The notes under the pieces are model-generated. The model had not been told where the DNA came from. It did no database searches and saw nothing but the letters and a program-made list of their open reading frames with translations. Positions 23,397 to 33,735 of a stretch of 61,612 bases of DNA are shown here, piece by piece. The stretch's first letter is position 1, and each line of letters begins with the position of its first letter. The DNA lies in contig JAKPMO010000021.1 in assembly GCA_029548865.1 (NCBI GenBank), forward strand, positions 1-61,612, written 5' to 3'. This DNA comes from Caldisericota bacterium (GTDB taxonomy: Bacteria > Caldisericota > Caldisericia > JAAYUI01). The position numbers and the translations under genes are program-made.

Positions 23397-23951
23397 ATGC
23401 CGACAAGAGAAGACGCGCTCACTTTGGTCAAATCCAAAGTTGACAATAAAAATCTTGTGAAACACATGCTTTCAGCCGAAGCCATAATGAAGGCCCTGGC
23501 AAAAAAATTTGGTGAAGATGAGGAGTTGTGGGGTTTGGCCGGGCTTGTCCATGACGTCGATTATGTCCAGACTGAAAAAGACCCCAAAAATCACGCCAAA
23601 ATAGGCGCCAAATTGCTTTCTGAACTAGGATATCCAAAAGAAGTTTCCCAAGCCGTAATGGCGCACAACCCGGAGAATGGTTCCAAAATGGAAACCTTGA
23701 TGGACAAAGCGTTGTATGTTTCAGATCCACTTACCGGCCTGATAGTTGCTTGTGCGCTCATTCATCCAGATAAAAAGCTTTCATCCATAGACACGGAATT
23801 CGTGCTCAGCAGGTTTAAAGAAAAGCGCTTTGCTGCTGGTGCAAATAGGGAGCAGATTGCTTCTTGCTGTGGAATTGGCCTTTCCCTTGAAGAGTTTGTG
23901 TTGCTAGGGCTTGAGGCAATGAAAGGCATCAGCAAGGAACTGGGGCTATAG
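23397..23951 (+). CDS. HDIG/HD-domain metal-dependent phosphohydrolase
   Basis: KHML, GLVHDVDY, NHAKIG, AHN, SDPLTGLI, KRFAAGANRE. Confidence 0.88.
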   Translation: MPTREDALTLVKSKVDNKNLVKHMLSAEAIMKALAKKFGEDEELWGLAGLVHDVDYVQTEKDPKNHAKIGAKLLSELGYPKEVSQAVMAHNPENGSKMETLMDKALYVSDPLTGLIVACALIHPDKKLSSIDTEFVLSRFKEKRFAAGANREQIASCCGIGLSLEEFVLLGLEAMKGISKELGL

Positions 23952-25397
23952 ATGAGCAATGCCACAAGGCTGGTCCTGCTTTCTTTTACACCTGATCCGC
24001 AAAGGATTTGTTCCAGCGCGGCCAGGCTTTCCAGCCTTCCGGGTTCCCCAACAAAAATACTCGACGAGACACCGGAGGGTGGCTACCCGGACTACCTCAG
24101 GCGCATACTCTCGATGGGCCACCATTCAGTGATGGAGCATGCCAATTTTACGGTGGCATTTGAAAATGTATCGGTCTTTGTGGAACAATTTGTAATCGGT
24201 TTCAGGCTTTTTTCATTCACTGTCAAATCCAGGCGGTATGTTCCGCATGACGAGGCTGGATATGTTGTTCCCTATATGGCACCAGAAGGCGGCCCCGATC
24301 TTTTTGGCAGTGACGACAAGCCATACATCGGGCCAGAATTCTATGGCCCATTGAGCCAGAGATACCTGCATTTTTGCGAAGGGCTTTTCATGGCCTATAA
24401 GAGACTCCTCGAACTTGGCATACCGGCAGAGGACTCCAGGTTTGTGCTCCCATATTCTTTCAAGTCAAATTTCATCGTTACCGGAAATGCGAGATCATGG
24501 ATACACTTGATCCATTCGGCAAAAAACGGGTTGGGCAAAAACTATTCAGAGATACACTGGGTCGGAACGAAACTCCAGGAGATGCTTTCAAAGGTGGCGC
24601 CAGCGTTCTTCACAAGGATTGATGACATAGAAAGGCTGAGCTACGAGAAAGACCAGAGGCTTGCCCTTGTGTCATCAAAACTTGGCCTTGAAAAGAACTA
24701 TTCTGAAGAGAAGGTCCAGCTCCTCTGGCATACACCGGACCCGGACAGGGCGGTTGCAGTTTCTGCGCTAATGGGTGCATCCAGGGCAACGGCCTCACAA
24801 ATTGAAAAAGCGCTCACAAAAGAAGCCGAAGTTGAGACCATAAGGGCGGTCTGCGAGAATGGCCATGCAAGGGAACTAGAACAGGCCATCTTCACATTCA
24901 GGCTTTCCGGCATGAGCTTGCCGATGCTCACCCACCTGACCCGCCACAGGATGCAGAACATAATAGTGCCAACCCTTGTCCAGGCAGGAAAATCACCAGA
25001 AATTATTTGTCCCTCAACAGTTGGCAACAATCCAGAGGCACTGGCCGTTTTCAATTCCGCTGTTTCTTCACAAAGATCGTTCTGGGAGGCAATGGAGAGG
25101 TTCCAGGTCCCACAGGAAAATAGGGTCTATGCCTATCTTTCCGGGCAGACCATTGATGTTGTCACGACAATGAATGCTAGGGAACTGCACCACTTCTTCA
25201 GCCTCAGGTGCTGCAACAGGGCGCAGTGGGAGATAAGGGACTACGCAATAAAGATGCTTGGGGCAATCAAAAAGGTCGCACCAATAATTTTTGAAAAGGC
25301 TGGTCCATCGTGCTATCGTTGGGGAGAGTGCAGGGAAGGAAGACAGTCCTGCGGCAAAGCCAAGGAAGTTGTCCAGTTTTTCAAGGGGGCAATTTGA
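23952..25397 (+). CDS. thyX: FAD-dependent thymidylate synthase, tandem two-domain form
   Basis: Two ThyX units: GHHSVMEH...SRRYV and GHARELEQ...LTRHR...RCCNRAQWEIR. Confidence 0.9.
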   Translation: MSNATRLVLLSFTPDPQRICSSAARLSSLPGSPTKILDETPEGGYPDYLRRILSMGHHSVMEHANFTVAFENVSVFVEQFVIGFRLFSFTVKSRRYVPHDEAGYVVPYMAPEGGPDLFGSDDKPYIGPEFYGPLSQRYLHFCEGLFMAYKRLLELGIPAEDSRFVLPYSFKSNFIVTGNARSWIHLIHSAKNGLGKNYSEIHWVGTKLQEMLSKVAPAFFTRIDDIERLSYEKDQRLALVSSKLGLEKNYSEEKVQLLWHTPDPDRAVAVSALMGASRATASQIEKALTKEAEVETIRAVCENGHARELEQAIFTFRLSGMSLPMLTHLTRHRMQNIIVPTLVQAGKSPEIICPSTVGNNPEALAVFNSAVSSQRSFWEAMERFQVPQENRVYAYLSGQTIDVVTTMNARELHHFFSLRCCNRAQWEIRDYAIKMLGAIKKVAPIIFEKAGPSCYRWGECREGRQSCGKAKEVVQFFKGAI

Positions 25398-27121
25398 AAA
25401 AACATCTTGCAATGGTTTTGATTTTGTTGGCCCTGACAGGTTTATTGCTGTTCCTCCAATTAAGGTCCCCATTGGCATTAAACATGGATGGTGGATACAA
25501 TGCAGCAAATGTAAAGGCATTGATGTCTTTCAAGCCCATGCCCTATGATGGCTCTCCGCCCATTCCTTTTGTTCTCTCGGCAATTTTTGGTTTCATCTTC
25601 TCATCGGCCAGTATTGGCATAAAGATTGTTGTAACCATGTCGCTTGTTGCAGTTGGTCTTCTGATATACCTGTTTGTCAGAAAAATCACTGGTGATGATA
25701 TTGCAGCAATAGCCGCCCTTGTTGGCTGGTGTGTCAGCACGGCCATCATCACGTATCCGATGGGTTATCTCAAACAAACAGTTGCCCTGCCGTTCCTTGT
25801 TGGTGGTCTGATGTCACTGTATCTTTTGCTTACCGAGAAGAAAAAACTTTTATGGGGCCTGCTTTTTGCGCTCTCCTTCCCGCTTGTCTATCTCTCGCAT
25901 TCTCCGTCTTTTCTGGCCCTGCTTGCCTCATCGTATGTCGTTGCAGCGGTCATGCTGGCTTTTGGTGAAGCAAAGACCCAAAAAATCTTTGGTTTTTCAA
26001 TGCTGACCCTCCTTGCCCTAGGTCTGGCCTCCACGCCATGGACACTGCCCATCCTTGCGAAAAAGATGATCCAGATCGACCCAAAAGGGTACAGTACGAT
26101 TGCGATCTATTTGAAAGGCCTTTTTGCCTTCAGGTTTGAGCAGACTGTTGATTTCAAGGGGTTTGACTGGCTCCTGGCAGCAGTGCCTGTTTTTGGGCTT
26201 GCCTTTTGCGCCAGAGCAGGATGGAAGAGGCTTACCCTCTGGTCACTAAGTTTTCTGGCAGGGATATTTGTTCTGTCGTGCTTCCTTGCAAAATACGAAT
26301 GGCAGGGCAGAAATGTGATGACTATGCTTGTTCCCCTGTCAATGATGATGGGCCTTGGTTTTTACGAGGCATCTGGATTACTTTTCAAGGAAAAGCTCCA
26401 AAAGACAACGGCGGCTGTTCTTATCGCGCTTTGCGTCTTCCTGATGGCAGGTTACCAAAACACAGCAATAAAATATGCAAAAACTGGCAAGCCGATCATA
26501 ACTGAAGAGCAACTCTCTGACCTTTCAGCTTTTATCTCGCCACTTGACCAGTCCATAAAGGAAAACCTTTACGCAAGGCATGGATTGAGGTTTTGGGCGA
26601 CGTATGCGACAGGCGACCCTGTTGGTGTGTTTTTCTATGACTGGGACAGAAAAACTTTTGCAATAAGAAACAGCAGGGGTGAAGAGGATGTGGGCGAGAG
26701 CAGAAAACCTGAAAGGAAAGACTATCTTCTTGTCTCCAAGAGACCCCTTTTTGGTTGCCGCATTGAAAAACTGTCTGCCCCAAATTTCAAAGCCTATGTT
26801 CCAGAACAGGCCCAGGAATACATTAAGGTGACTGTCAGAACAACAAACCCCATCAGATCACTCAGGGTGACTTTCAAGGACTCCATGTGGAGGCTTGTCT
26901 ACCAGCAGGACATGAAAAATGTTTTGCCTGGGGAGTATCTGGATTTTGGAAAATTGCTCAATGGCATCAAGCGTGGAACATACTATCTCCAGGTGGTAGG
27001 CGACAACCATTCCACAGTTCCTTTTGTGGTCAATGTCACAGAAAATCTCCTCTCATACTCGGAGAAGCCTTTTGGTGCCGTGAACGAATCTAAAGATTTT
27101 GTGCTTGTGCGAATAAAATGA
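25394..27121 (+). CDS. Multi-TM GT-C-fold-like membrane glycosyltransferase
   Basis: About 11 hydrophobic segments; acidic loop MDGGY after TM1; large soluble C-terminal domain; TTG start overlapping the thyX stop (TTGA). Confidence 0.6.
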   Translation: MKKHLAMVLILLALTGLLLFLQLRSPLALNMDGGYNAANVKALMSFKPMPYDGSPPIPFVLSAIFGFIFSSASIGIKIVVTMSLVAVGLLIYLFVRKITGDDIAAIAALVGWCVSTAIITYPMGYLKQTVALPFLVGGLMSLYLLLTEKKKLLWGLLFALSFPLVYLSHSPSFLALLASSYVVAAVMLAFGEAKTQKIFGFSMLTLLALGLASTPWTLPILAKKMIQIDPKGYSTIAIYLKGLFAFRFEQTVDFKGFDWLLAAVPVFGLAFCARAGWKRLTLWSLSFLAGIFVLSCFLAKYEWQGRNVMTMLVPLSMMMGLGFYEASGLLFKEKLQKTTAAVLIALCVFLMAGYQNTAIKYAKTGKPIITEEQLSDLSAFISPLDQSIKENLYARHGLRFWATYATGDPVGVFFYDWDRKTFAIRNSRGEEDVGESRKPERKDYLLVSKRPLFGCRIEKLSAPNFKAYVPEQAQEYIKVTVRTTNPIRSLRVTFKDSMWRLVYQQDMKNVLPGEYLDFGKLLNGIKRGTYYLQVVGDNHSTVPFVVNVTENLLSYSEKPFGAVNESKDFVLVRIK

Positions 27122-27128
27122 GGTCAAA

Positions 27129-28490
27129 ATGAAGAAAATATTGTCAGTTATATTTTGTTTTTTAATCTCCCTCTCCTGCCTTTCTTTTGCAGGCTGTGGA
27201 AGCTCCAATGATGCTAAAATGGCCATTGATACACTAAAAGCTATTGGAGAGGGAAAATGGGATGCTGTGTTCAACAATCTTCATACAGCTTGCCTGTATA
27301 CCCAAAACAAGAATGAATTTGTCCTGCAGATGCCATATCATGCGAAGGCCCTCTCGGAGTTTTTTAAAGGTGCGACCTTTGAAGTGGTTGACGAGAAGGG
27401 TCAGGATTCCTGGACATACAGGGGCCAGATGCTTGAGGGAGCAAACAAGGTAACTCTGAGGGTCACTTTCGCGTCCAAGGCTGACCCGCCATCTGCATTT
27501 CCTTTTGCAATGGAGTTTTCCCAAACAAATACTGTTGATTTTGTTGTTGCAAAAGCAGATGGGGGACAAAGAAAGCTTGTGTTGGATATGGGTGATCCAC
27601 CAATGGCGCACTGGGCGGCAAGTGTTATTGACCAGGGTGAATTCCCGTCACCAGAGGCAAAGATTGTTGCCGATCCGGAGCCATCGTCACAAACCAAAGC
27701 AGTCACCTTTTTTGAAATCTTTGACAACAACTATAAACACAAATACTGGTCTGCAGTCATGACAAATGTCTACACAAAAACAATCGTTGTCGCCATCGAT
27801 GATGATATGAAAATAAGATATGTTAGACCGGTATCTACCAGTAAATCACCTGACCCAACAATACTTCAGTATGGCCAAATTATTTTCGATCCATACAATG
27901 GTGCCACCCCGGACCAGCTGGCTTTTTTGAACGCAAGGATCCCGCAAAATGACAAGTTTACGCCTTATGCAATAGCTGTTAGGTCTGCCGTGGCAAGTGC
28001 CGTGAAGTTGTTTGTAATAGACAAAGAGGGTTATCCCGCTTACCAGAAAAAGTATCCCTATGGGATACTCTCGTTCCGTCCCGGAACATTATTTGTGCTT
28101 CCAAAAATGAAAACTGACAGCGGAAAAGAGATAAGCGGGGCTTATTTCAAGGGCAGGCCTTATGTGGTCATTTTTGTTTCTTCGTGCGCATCCTGTAGGA
28201 AAAGGGCAAGGGAAATAGCAAACATTCTTGGAAAGTTTGGAATAAAGCCTGACCAGGTAATTTTTCTGTCGTCATCGGAGAAGGCAAAGCTTGAAGAGTT
28301 CCCAGGTCAGGTCAAGGACTCACACCTTTTTATTGACCTGAAGAAGGAGCTTGCATCTCTGATGCTCTTTGATTCAACCCCCTCTCTGCTTGCCGTTGAT
28401 TCTTCTTCAAAGGTTGTTGGCCAGCTGGATTCCATAAGGCTTAATGGAGACGCAGAGCTCAATGAGCTCCTGCCGAAACTGACAAGATAG
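27129..28490 (+). CDS. Lipoprotein with C-terminal thioredoxin/TlpA-like domain
   Basis: Lipobox FAGC; FKGRPYVVIFVSSCASC (CxxC) and a TP cis-Pro motif (STPSLLAVD). Confidence 0.72.
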   Translation: MKKILSVIFCFLISLSCLSFAGCGSSNDAKMAIDTLKAIGEGKWDAVFNNLHTACLYTQNKNEFVLQMPYHAKALSEFFKGATFEVVDEKGQDSWTYRGQMLEGANKVTLRVTFASKADPPSAFPFAMEFSQTNTVDFVVAKADGGQRKLVLDMGDPPMAHWAASVIDQGEFPSPEAKIVADPEPSSQTKAVTFFEIFDNNYKHKYWSAVMTNVYTKTIVVAIDDDMKIRYVRPVSTSKSPDPTILQYGQIIFDPYNGATPDQLAFLNARIPQNDKFTPYAIAVRSAVASAVKLFVIDKEGYPAYQKKYPYGILSFRPGTLFVLPKMKTDSGKEISGAYFKGRPYVVIFVSSCASCRKRAREIANILGKFGIKPDQVIFLSSSEKAKLEEFPGQVKDSHLFIDLKKELASLMLFDSTPSLLAVDSSSKVVGQLDSIRLNGDAELNELLPKLTR

Positions 28491-28505
28491 AAAAAAGACG
28501 GACCG

Positions 28506-28534
28506 AAGGGCAGAGGTTTCCCTCTGCCCTTTTT
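28506..28534 (+). terminator. Rho-independent terminator
   Basis: AAGGGCAGAGG-TTTC-CCTCTGCCCTTTTT. Confidence 0.82.
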
Positions 28535-28580
28535 ATTTGGCAAATTCAACCTTTTCCCCAAAATTTCGGTATTTATATGT

Positions 28581-31115
28581 ATGGGACGTTTTACAAAAGT
28601 GCTGGTTTTTTTGTTGTCTGTCCATATTTTGTTTGGCCAGACGGTCTTTGTTGCATCCGGAGTTGAAGACGAGGGGCCAAAACCGTGGACACAGTATGCC
28701 TCTGACCACATGCACTCATCGAATGCTCTTGGACGATGGGACTTCAATGCCTATGACAAGGAATCCTGGAAACTTGGCTTGAAGGGTGTCGAGAGCAGGG
28801 GAAGAAACCCTGTTGTCGACCAGGGCAGGCTTTTTATCGGGGACTCAGACAAAATATACTGCATTGACGTTTTCACCGGGAACATCCTGTGGAGTTTCGA
28901 GGTTTCCTCACCGGTCGCAGGGAGCTGTGCCATATTGGGTGACACTGTCATTGCACCAATGAACAACAGGCTCCTTGGGCTTTCGACGGCAAACGGGGAG
29001 GTCAGGTGGTACAATGGAGACGTTGGGGACAATATTTCATCGCCAACCGTCTACAAGGACGACCATGGCGGGAAGTGGATGTATTTCACAACTCATGACG
29101 GGAAAACTGGCCGGGCCTATAAATACAGTCTGAACACCGGCAAGCTTGCCTGGAGGATTAAAACAGAGTGGCCGTGCCCGGGGGCAATGGGAGTAAACAG
29201 TGATTATGGCTATGTTGGTTGTGCCGCGCACTACAAGGCGAGCGTGCTGGATGATGGCTCTGGTGGTGTGGTGGACGGTGTGGAAGTGGGCACCCAGGCT
29301 TTTTCTGCCACCATGGCGTTTGACAAATACTGCATTTGCACCATGTCTGGCGGTGAGATTATCGCACTGCCAAGACCCTACAGCAAAAAAGACCCCAAGA
29401 TATTTGATACCGGTGGAATGACCTTTGCGCCACCGTGTTCTTTTGGAGACACGCTGATAATAGGGGATGATGAGGGCAGGCTGGTCAGGTTTAATACAGA
29501 AGGAAAAATAATCTGGGACAAAAAGATGCCGGGACCTGTTACTGACGGTTGCACGGTCATGGGTGACCATGTGCTTGTTCCTGTTGGTTCAAAGGGGAGC
29601 GACACCGCCGGTGTTTATATCATTGATGGCGAAACTGGCGAGCAGGTCAAAAAGATACCGCTCAAATCATCTTATGTTTTCCAGCCCGTCGTGGCCTGGG
29701 ACAGGATGTTTGTAGAACATGGCGAGAGCAACAATTACAGAAACCGGACACTGAGCTGTTTCGGAAAACCGCCGAGGACATCAGATCAGGAGCCAAAGAT
29801 CAGGGTCGATGGCGGAAAGATAAATGCCGAGGTTGGCTACAAGGGTGAGACATCAAGGCAAATAACCATTACCAATGATGGGAAAATTCCTCTCGAACTT
29901 GTTCTTCTTGGCGATTCACTCCTCTTCCCGTCCAAGGAAGTACTTAAGCTTGCGCCAAAAGAAAAAGACACCATCAGAGTCGCAATAAAAGCTGGAAACA
30001 GAAGGCCAGGAAAATACAATGGCCAGATGGCAATCAACTACCAGGACCCGGATTACGGCAAAAGGACGCTTGCGATGGTGACTGCCTCCGTGACTGTCCT
30101 GGATAAGCCGCCAGAGCAGAAGGATGAACCTCCAAGTCCACCTGTTGGCCTGTCGGCCAAATGGATGGTCGACCATATTGAGCTTTTCTGGTCACCGCCA
30201 CAGTCAGGAACGGAGCCTTCTGGTTACAACATATTCAGGGCGGAACTTGATGGGGATTTCCCAAAGACACCCCTGAACAAAGCGAAAGTGTCTGAAACTT
30301 TCTATTCGGATTATGAGGTGAAGCAGGGCCAAGCGTACAGATACCGGGTACAGACAGTTGGGAAAAACGGGCTCCTCTCCGACCCTGGCAATGAAGCCAC
30401 TGTTGAAATACCAGTCAGGCTTGAAAAGGTGGAGAATCTTGTTGCCAAAATTCAGGGAGGAACAGTAACTCTCACGTGGGAGTCGGAGCAGGAGGTCGAA
30501 TTCCTCATCGAGAGGAACGGAGAGATGATAGGGAGCACTTTTGACAAAGTGTTCACTGACCCTTTCCCGCCCAAAACAAAGCTTTTTTACAAAGTCTTTC
30601 CAACCAAAGACGGCAAGATGGGCCCTGAGGCGCTTGCAATCGTTGATTTAACGCCTGCGCCGGAGCCAGTTCCGGAGCCACCAAAGCCGCCTGAACCGCC
30701 ACAGCCAAAAAAGGTAGTGATAGTTTTTACTGTTGGCAAGGACACTGCAGCAGTCGATGGGAAAGAGCTACCCTGCCAGGGAACACCCTATGTCAAGAGT
30801 GGCAGGACAATGGTGCCGTTCAGGTTCCTTGGCGAGTCCATTGGTGCAGAGGTCTCGTTTGAAAAAGACCCTGCAACTGGCAGGGTAGCGAAAGTGTCAT
30901 ACGCGCTTTCTGGAAAAACAATAACCCTTTCAGTTGACTCCAGGATTGCTGTTGTAAACGGAAAAGAGATCACGCTTGATGCGCCACCAGAAATAAAGGA
31001 CGGCAGGACTTATGTCCCCTTGAGGTTTGTGACCGATGCCTTGGGTGGTGAAGTTTCCTGGGACGCAAAAACCAGGCAGGCCACAATAACCTATACAAAG
31101 CAAGATCAATTGTAA
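28581..31115 (+). CDS. Secreted PQQ-type propeller + Ig-like + FN3 domains + Pro-rich linker + stalk domain
   Basis: Signal peptide; CIDVFTGNILW blades; FN3 (PPVGLSA...LFWSPP...GYNIFR...YRYRV); PAPEPVPEPPKPPEPP; GRTMVPFRF and GRTYVPLRFV. Confidence 0.85.
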   Translation: MGRFTKVLVFLLSVHILFGQTVFVASGVEDEGPKPWTQYASDHMHSSNALGRWDFNAYDKESWKLGLKGVESRGRNPVVDQGRLFIGDSDKIYCIDVFTGNILWSFEVSSPVAGSCAILGDTVIAPMNNRLLGLSTANGEVRWYNGDVGDNISSPTVYKDDHGGKWMYFTTHDGKTGRAYKYSLNTGKLAWRIKTEWPCPGAMGVNSDYGYVGCAAHYKASVLDDGSGGVVDGVEVGTQAFSATMAFDKYCICTMSGGEIIALPRPYSKKDPKIFDTGGMTFAPPCSFGDTLIIGDDEGRLVRFNTEGKIIWDKKMPGPVTDGCTVMGDHVLVPVGSKGSDTAGVYIIDGETGEQVKKIPLKSSYVFQPVVAWDRMFVEHGESNNYRNRTLSCFGKPPRTSDQEPKIRVDGGKINAEVGYKGETSRQITITNDGKIPLELVLLGDSLLFPSKEVLKLAPKEKDTIRVAIKAGNRRPGKYNGQMAINYQDPDYGKRTLAMVTASVTVLDKPPEQKDEPPSPPVGLSAKWMVDHIELFWSPPQSGTEPSGYNIFRAELDGDFPKTPLNKAKVSETFYSDYEVKQGQAYRYRVQTVGKNGLLSDPGNEATVEIPVRLEKVENLVAKIQGGTVTLTWESEQEVEFLIERNGEMIGSTFDKVFTDPFPPKTKLFYKVFPTKDGKMGPEALAIVDLTPAPEPVPEPPKPPEPPQPKKVVIVFTVGKDTAAVDGKELPCQGTPYVKSGRTMVPFRFLGESIGAEVSFEKDPATGRVAKVSYALSGKTITLSVDSRIAVVNGKEITLDAPPEIKDGRTYVPLRFVTDALGGEVSWDAKTRQATITYTKQDQL

Positions 31116-31243
31116 ACAATTTGTAAACGATTTTGTCTCCAGTTTAGGTTGTCTTTGAGAGATAAAACCCGGACTCAATTGTATTTTTTCAATTTATTGC
31201 CAGTCTATTGACCCTTCCCTCAAATTGGGGTTGAATATCAGGC

Positions 31244-32350
31244 ATGAGGAAAGAAAAGGCCTGTGGCCTTTTTCTGGTCCTTTCTATTTTTTCTGCCTGT
31301 TGCTGCCCGGTTGGCAATAGTGCTGGGGCAGTCAGTATTTCTCTGTTTAGCATCAAGGGTGCTCTCTCCAGTGCAAACTCCGCTTCAATCTGTTCTTTTG
31401 AAATTGCCTATCCGGTCAGGACCACCACGAATGCCTCTGAAATTGAAATCAGGAACGTTCTGGAAGACAAGACGGAGAGGGTTGGTTTTGGTGAATCTTT
31501 TTGCTCCAATCCTGCACTTTCTGGCAGCAGGCTAGCATTTCAGGCAAATTCGGGCGGTTCACCAAAGATAGTCCTCTTTGACAGAACCACAACCAGCCTT
31601 CTGGTTGTTTCGGAGGCCGGCGAATCGTCCTATTCCCCTGTAATGAAGGGTAATCATCTTTGCTGGACATTCACAAAAAAGAGTGAGATTGGCCAGGGGA
31701 TAAGGCTCTTTGGCCTTTCAGACGGGAAGAGCGTTGTGCTGAAAAATTCTGATCAATCAAGGATTATGTCGGGACCTGTCATAAATAGCCTTGGTGTCTT
31801 CTGGTCGCAGTTTTTTGAAAACGGTTTTGCCGTTTTCAAATATGATTTTTTGACATCCACAACCCAGCCACTGTGCAAAAGTTCTTCGGTCATTTCAGGC
31901 CTTTCGGCAGATGGCAACATTCTTGCCTATTCCAAAAGACCCCAAAACGGTTTTCCTGTGACAGGGTGCATTGATGGGACAGGAAAAGTGGTTGTTCTTG
32001 ATGATGTCTGGAGTGATAAATCTGACCCTTCCGTTTCCGGGACATGCGTTGTCTGGTCTGTGAAAAAAGATGGTGCCTCTGAGATAAAAGTCTGGAATGG
32101 GTCAACAAATATACTGGCGAATGTAAAATCTGCGCAATGCACTCCGTGTGTTTCTGAAGGGAATGTGGTCTGGCATGACCAGAGCGGTGATGGCGGGTCA
32201 GACATATTTGGTGCCGAAATTAGCGGTGGTGGCGTATTCAGGGTCACATCTGGTGGTGGAAACAAGGTTTTGCCGAGAATCTCGGGCCAGGTGTGCATCT
32301 GGCTTGGAGGGACCGACGAAGGTTTTGACGGGGCGATCATAACCCCATGA
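31244..32350 (+). CDS. Secreted TolB-like beta-propeller repeat protein
   Basis: Signal peptide; repeats P.(I/V)SG..VVW, including VVWHDQSGDGGSDIF. Confidence 0.72.
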   Translation: MRKEKACGLFLVLSIFSACCCPVGNSAGAVSISLFSIKGALSSANSASICSFEIAYPVRTTTNASEIEIRNVLEDKTERVGFGESFCSNPALSGSRLAFQANSGGSPKIVLFDRTTTSLLVVSEAGESSYSPVMKGNHLCWTFTKKSEIGQGIRLFGLSDGKSVVLKNSDQSRIMSGPVINSLGVFWSQFFENGFAVFKYDFLTSTTQPLCKSSSVISGLSADGNILAYSKRPQNGFPVTGCIDGTGKVVVLDDVWSDKSDPSVSGTCVVWSVKKDGASEIKVWNGSTNILANVKSAQCTPCVSEGNVVWHDQSGDGGSDIFGAEISGGGVFRVTSGGGNKVLPRISGQVCIWLGGTDEGFDGAIITP

Positions 32351-32356
32351 AATTAA

Positions 32357-32386
32357 AAAAGGCCGTGCCTTATGGCACGGCCTTTT
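32357..32386. terminator. Bidirectional rho-independent terminator
   Basis: AAAAGGCCGTGCC-TTAT-GGCACGGCCTTTT between convergent genes. Confidence 0.88.
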
Positions 32387-32401
32387 GACAGCTTCAGTCT
32401 G

Positions 32402-33505
32402 TCACTTTCTTGGTTTTGCAACAACAACCATTGGCAATTCCCTGCATGCTTCCGATTTTGCCTGGCCGTCAAACCACAGGAACGATGAGCAGCCACCATC
32501 AAGATTGAAAGCGTTTTTGACTCCAAGCTGTATCAGCACTGCAGATTCTTCCTGAATTTTTATCTCGTCTGTGAAAACCACAAAATAGACTTTTCCGGGA
32601 CTTGTTCCAAATGCCGACCTTTTTGCTTCGTAGGAAAGGGCCGCTCCATTTGTGTGTTTGTCTGCCGCCAGGTCCCAATATGGCTTGCCGTCCCTGACCA
32701 CAGTTGGCGAACCACCGAATATGAACCTGCATTCTTTCCACTTTCCAAGATCGACCTCGTTTCCCTTTTCGGCTTTCCAGTAGATGTTTATGTGGAGGCC
32801 TTTTTTGATGTATCCTTTGGGCCACCTTTTTGCATCACACCTTTCCCTGTTTTTGCCGGTGTATACGAGGACATACCCGTCTTTGGGGATGGCAACAGGG
32901 CCTGTCTTGACGCTTGTTACAACACCCTTTTCAAGGGTGACGCAGATTGAAGGGTAAGTTGTTGGCGTTTTTGATCCCCATTCGGAAGTGTAGATTGTTG
33001 TGGAGCTTGCAGATGGGGGCTGGTTCAATCCGCTTACGTAGACGTCTTTCAGGGACGGCGGAAGTAGGTTTTCTTTCACCTTTCCCATCATGGAGAACCT
33101 GAGCCTACCAAAGAGCCATTCACCCTTTGTTGTCACGCAGAAATTGGAGCCCATGTTTGCTATCCTGACAGGCTTGCCATCTTTGACGTAGTGTGAATCA
33201 AAAAGGTAGTTTGACCATCCACCGGACTCGTTGTGGTAGGGGCCGTTCATTGCGGCAATCGCACCTTCGTACTGTGCGATTTTCACCGGGTCATCCCTGA
33301 CAAACAGTCTTTGTTTTGCAAGGCCGAAATACAGGTCAACAGGAGAGGTTGCTCCATCAATGACAACATATTTGACATTATAAGACTTGTTCCCGACAGT
33401 CACTGTTTTCTCGATGTAGTTGAAATTGGAGGGGGCGGAGGCCAGGCTGGCCTGGGACGATGCAACAAGTATCACTGCAGCAAGGAGGCACAAGGTTTTT
33501 TTCAT
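32402..33505 (-). CDS. Secreted phosphodiester glycosidase (NAGPA/DUF2233 family)
   Basis: AIAAMNG, GGSPTVVRDG, RSAFG, AFNLDGGCSS; signal peptide from ATG 33505. Confidence 0.85.
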   Translation of the reverse strand: MKKTLCLLAAVILVASSQASLASAPSNFNYIEKTVTVGNKSYNVKYVVIDGATSPVDLYFGLAKQRLFVRDDPVKIAQYEGAIAAMNGPYHNESGGWSNYLFDSHYVKDGKPVRIANMGSNFCVTTKGEWLFGRLRFSMMGKVKENLLPPSLKDVYVSGLNQPPSASSTTIYTSEWGSKTPTTYPSICVTLEKGVVTSVKTGPVAIPKDGYVLVYTGKNRERCDAKRWPKGYIKKGLHINIYWKAEKGNEVDLGKWKECRFIFGGSPTVVRDGKPYWDLAADKHTNGAALSYEAKRSAFGTSPGKVYFVVFTDEIKIQEESAVLIQLGVKNAFNLDGGCSSFLWFDGQAKSEACRELPMVVVAKPRK

Positions 33506-33735
33506 GTCATTTTCCTTCATTTTCGTATGTTTGGGCCAGCTGCACAAAGTTTCTTCCCTTGTGCCATCCACCCGTATTTATGGATTATTCTACCAATTTT
33601 GCTCCATCTGGCAACAACGCCAGAGAACCATTGGACACAAGGAAAAACCATACTGGTGGCAATTCCAAAAAATTGCCTTTCCTGAATTTTTGTGATTCGG
33701 CAGAAACAAATTTCGGTGCAGGTGATGATGGATTG

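Noticed and set aside
31208..31236. TTGACCCTTCCC resembling the MerR operator half-site
   Set aside because: The second half-site is poor and a 17-nt spacer fits an ordinary promoter
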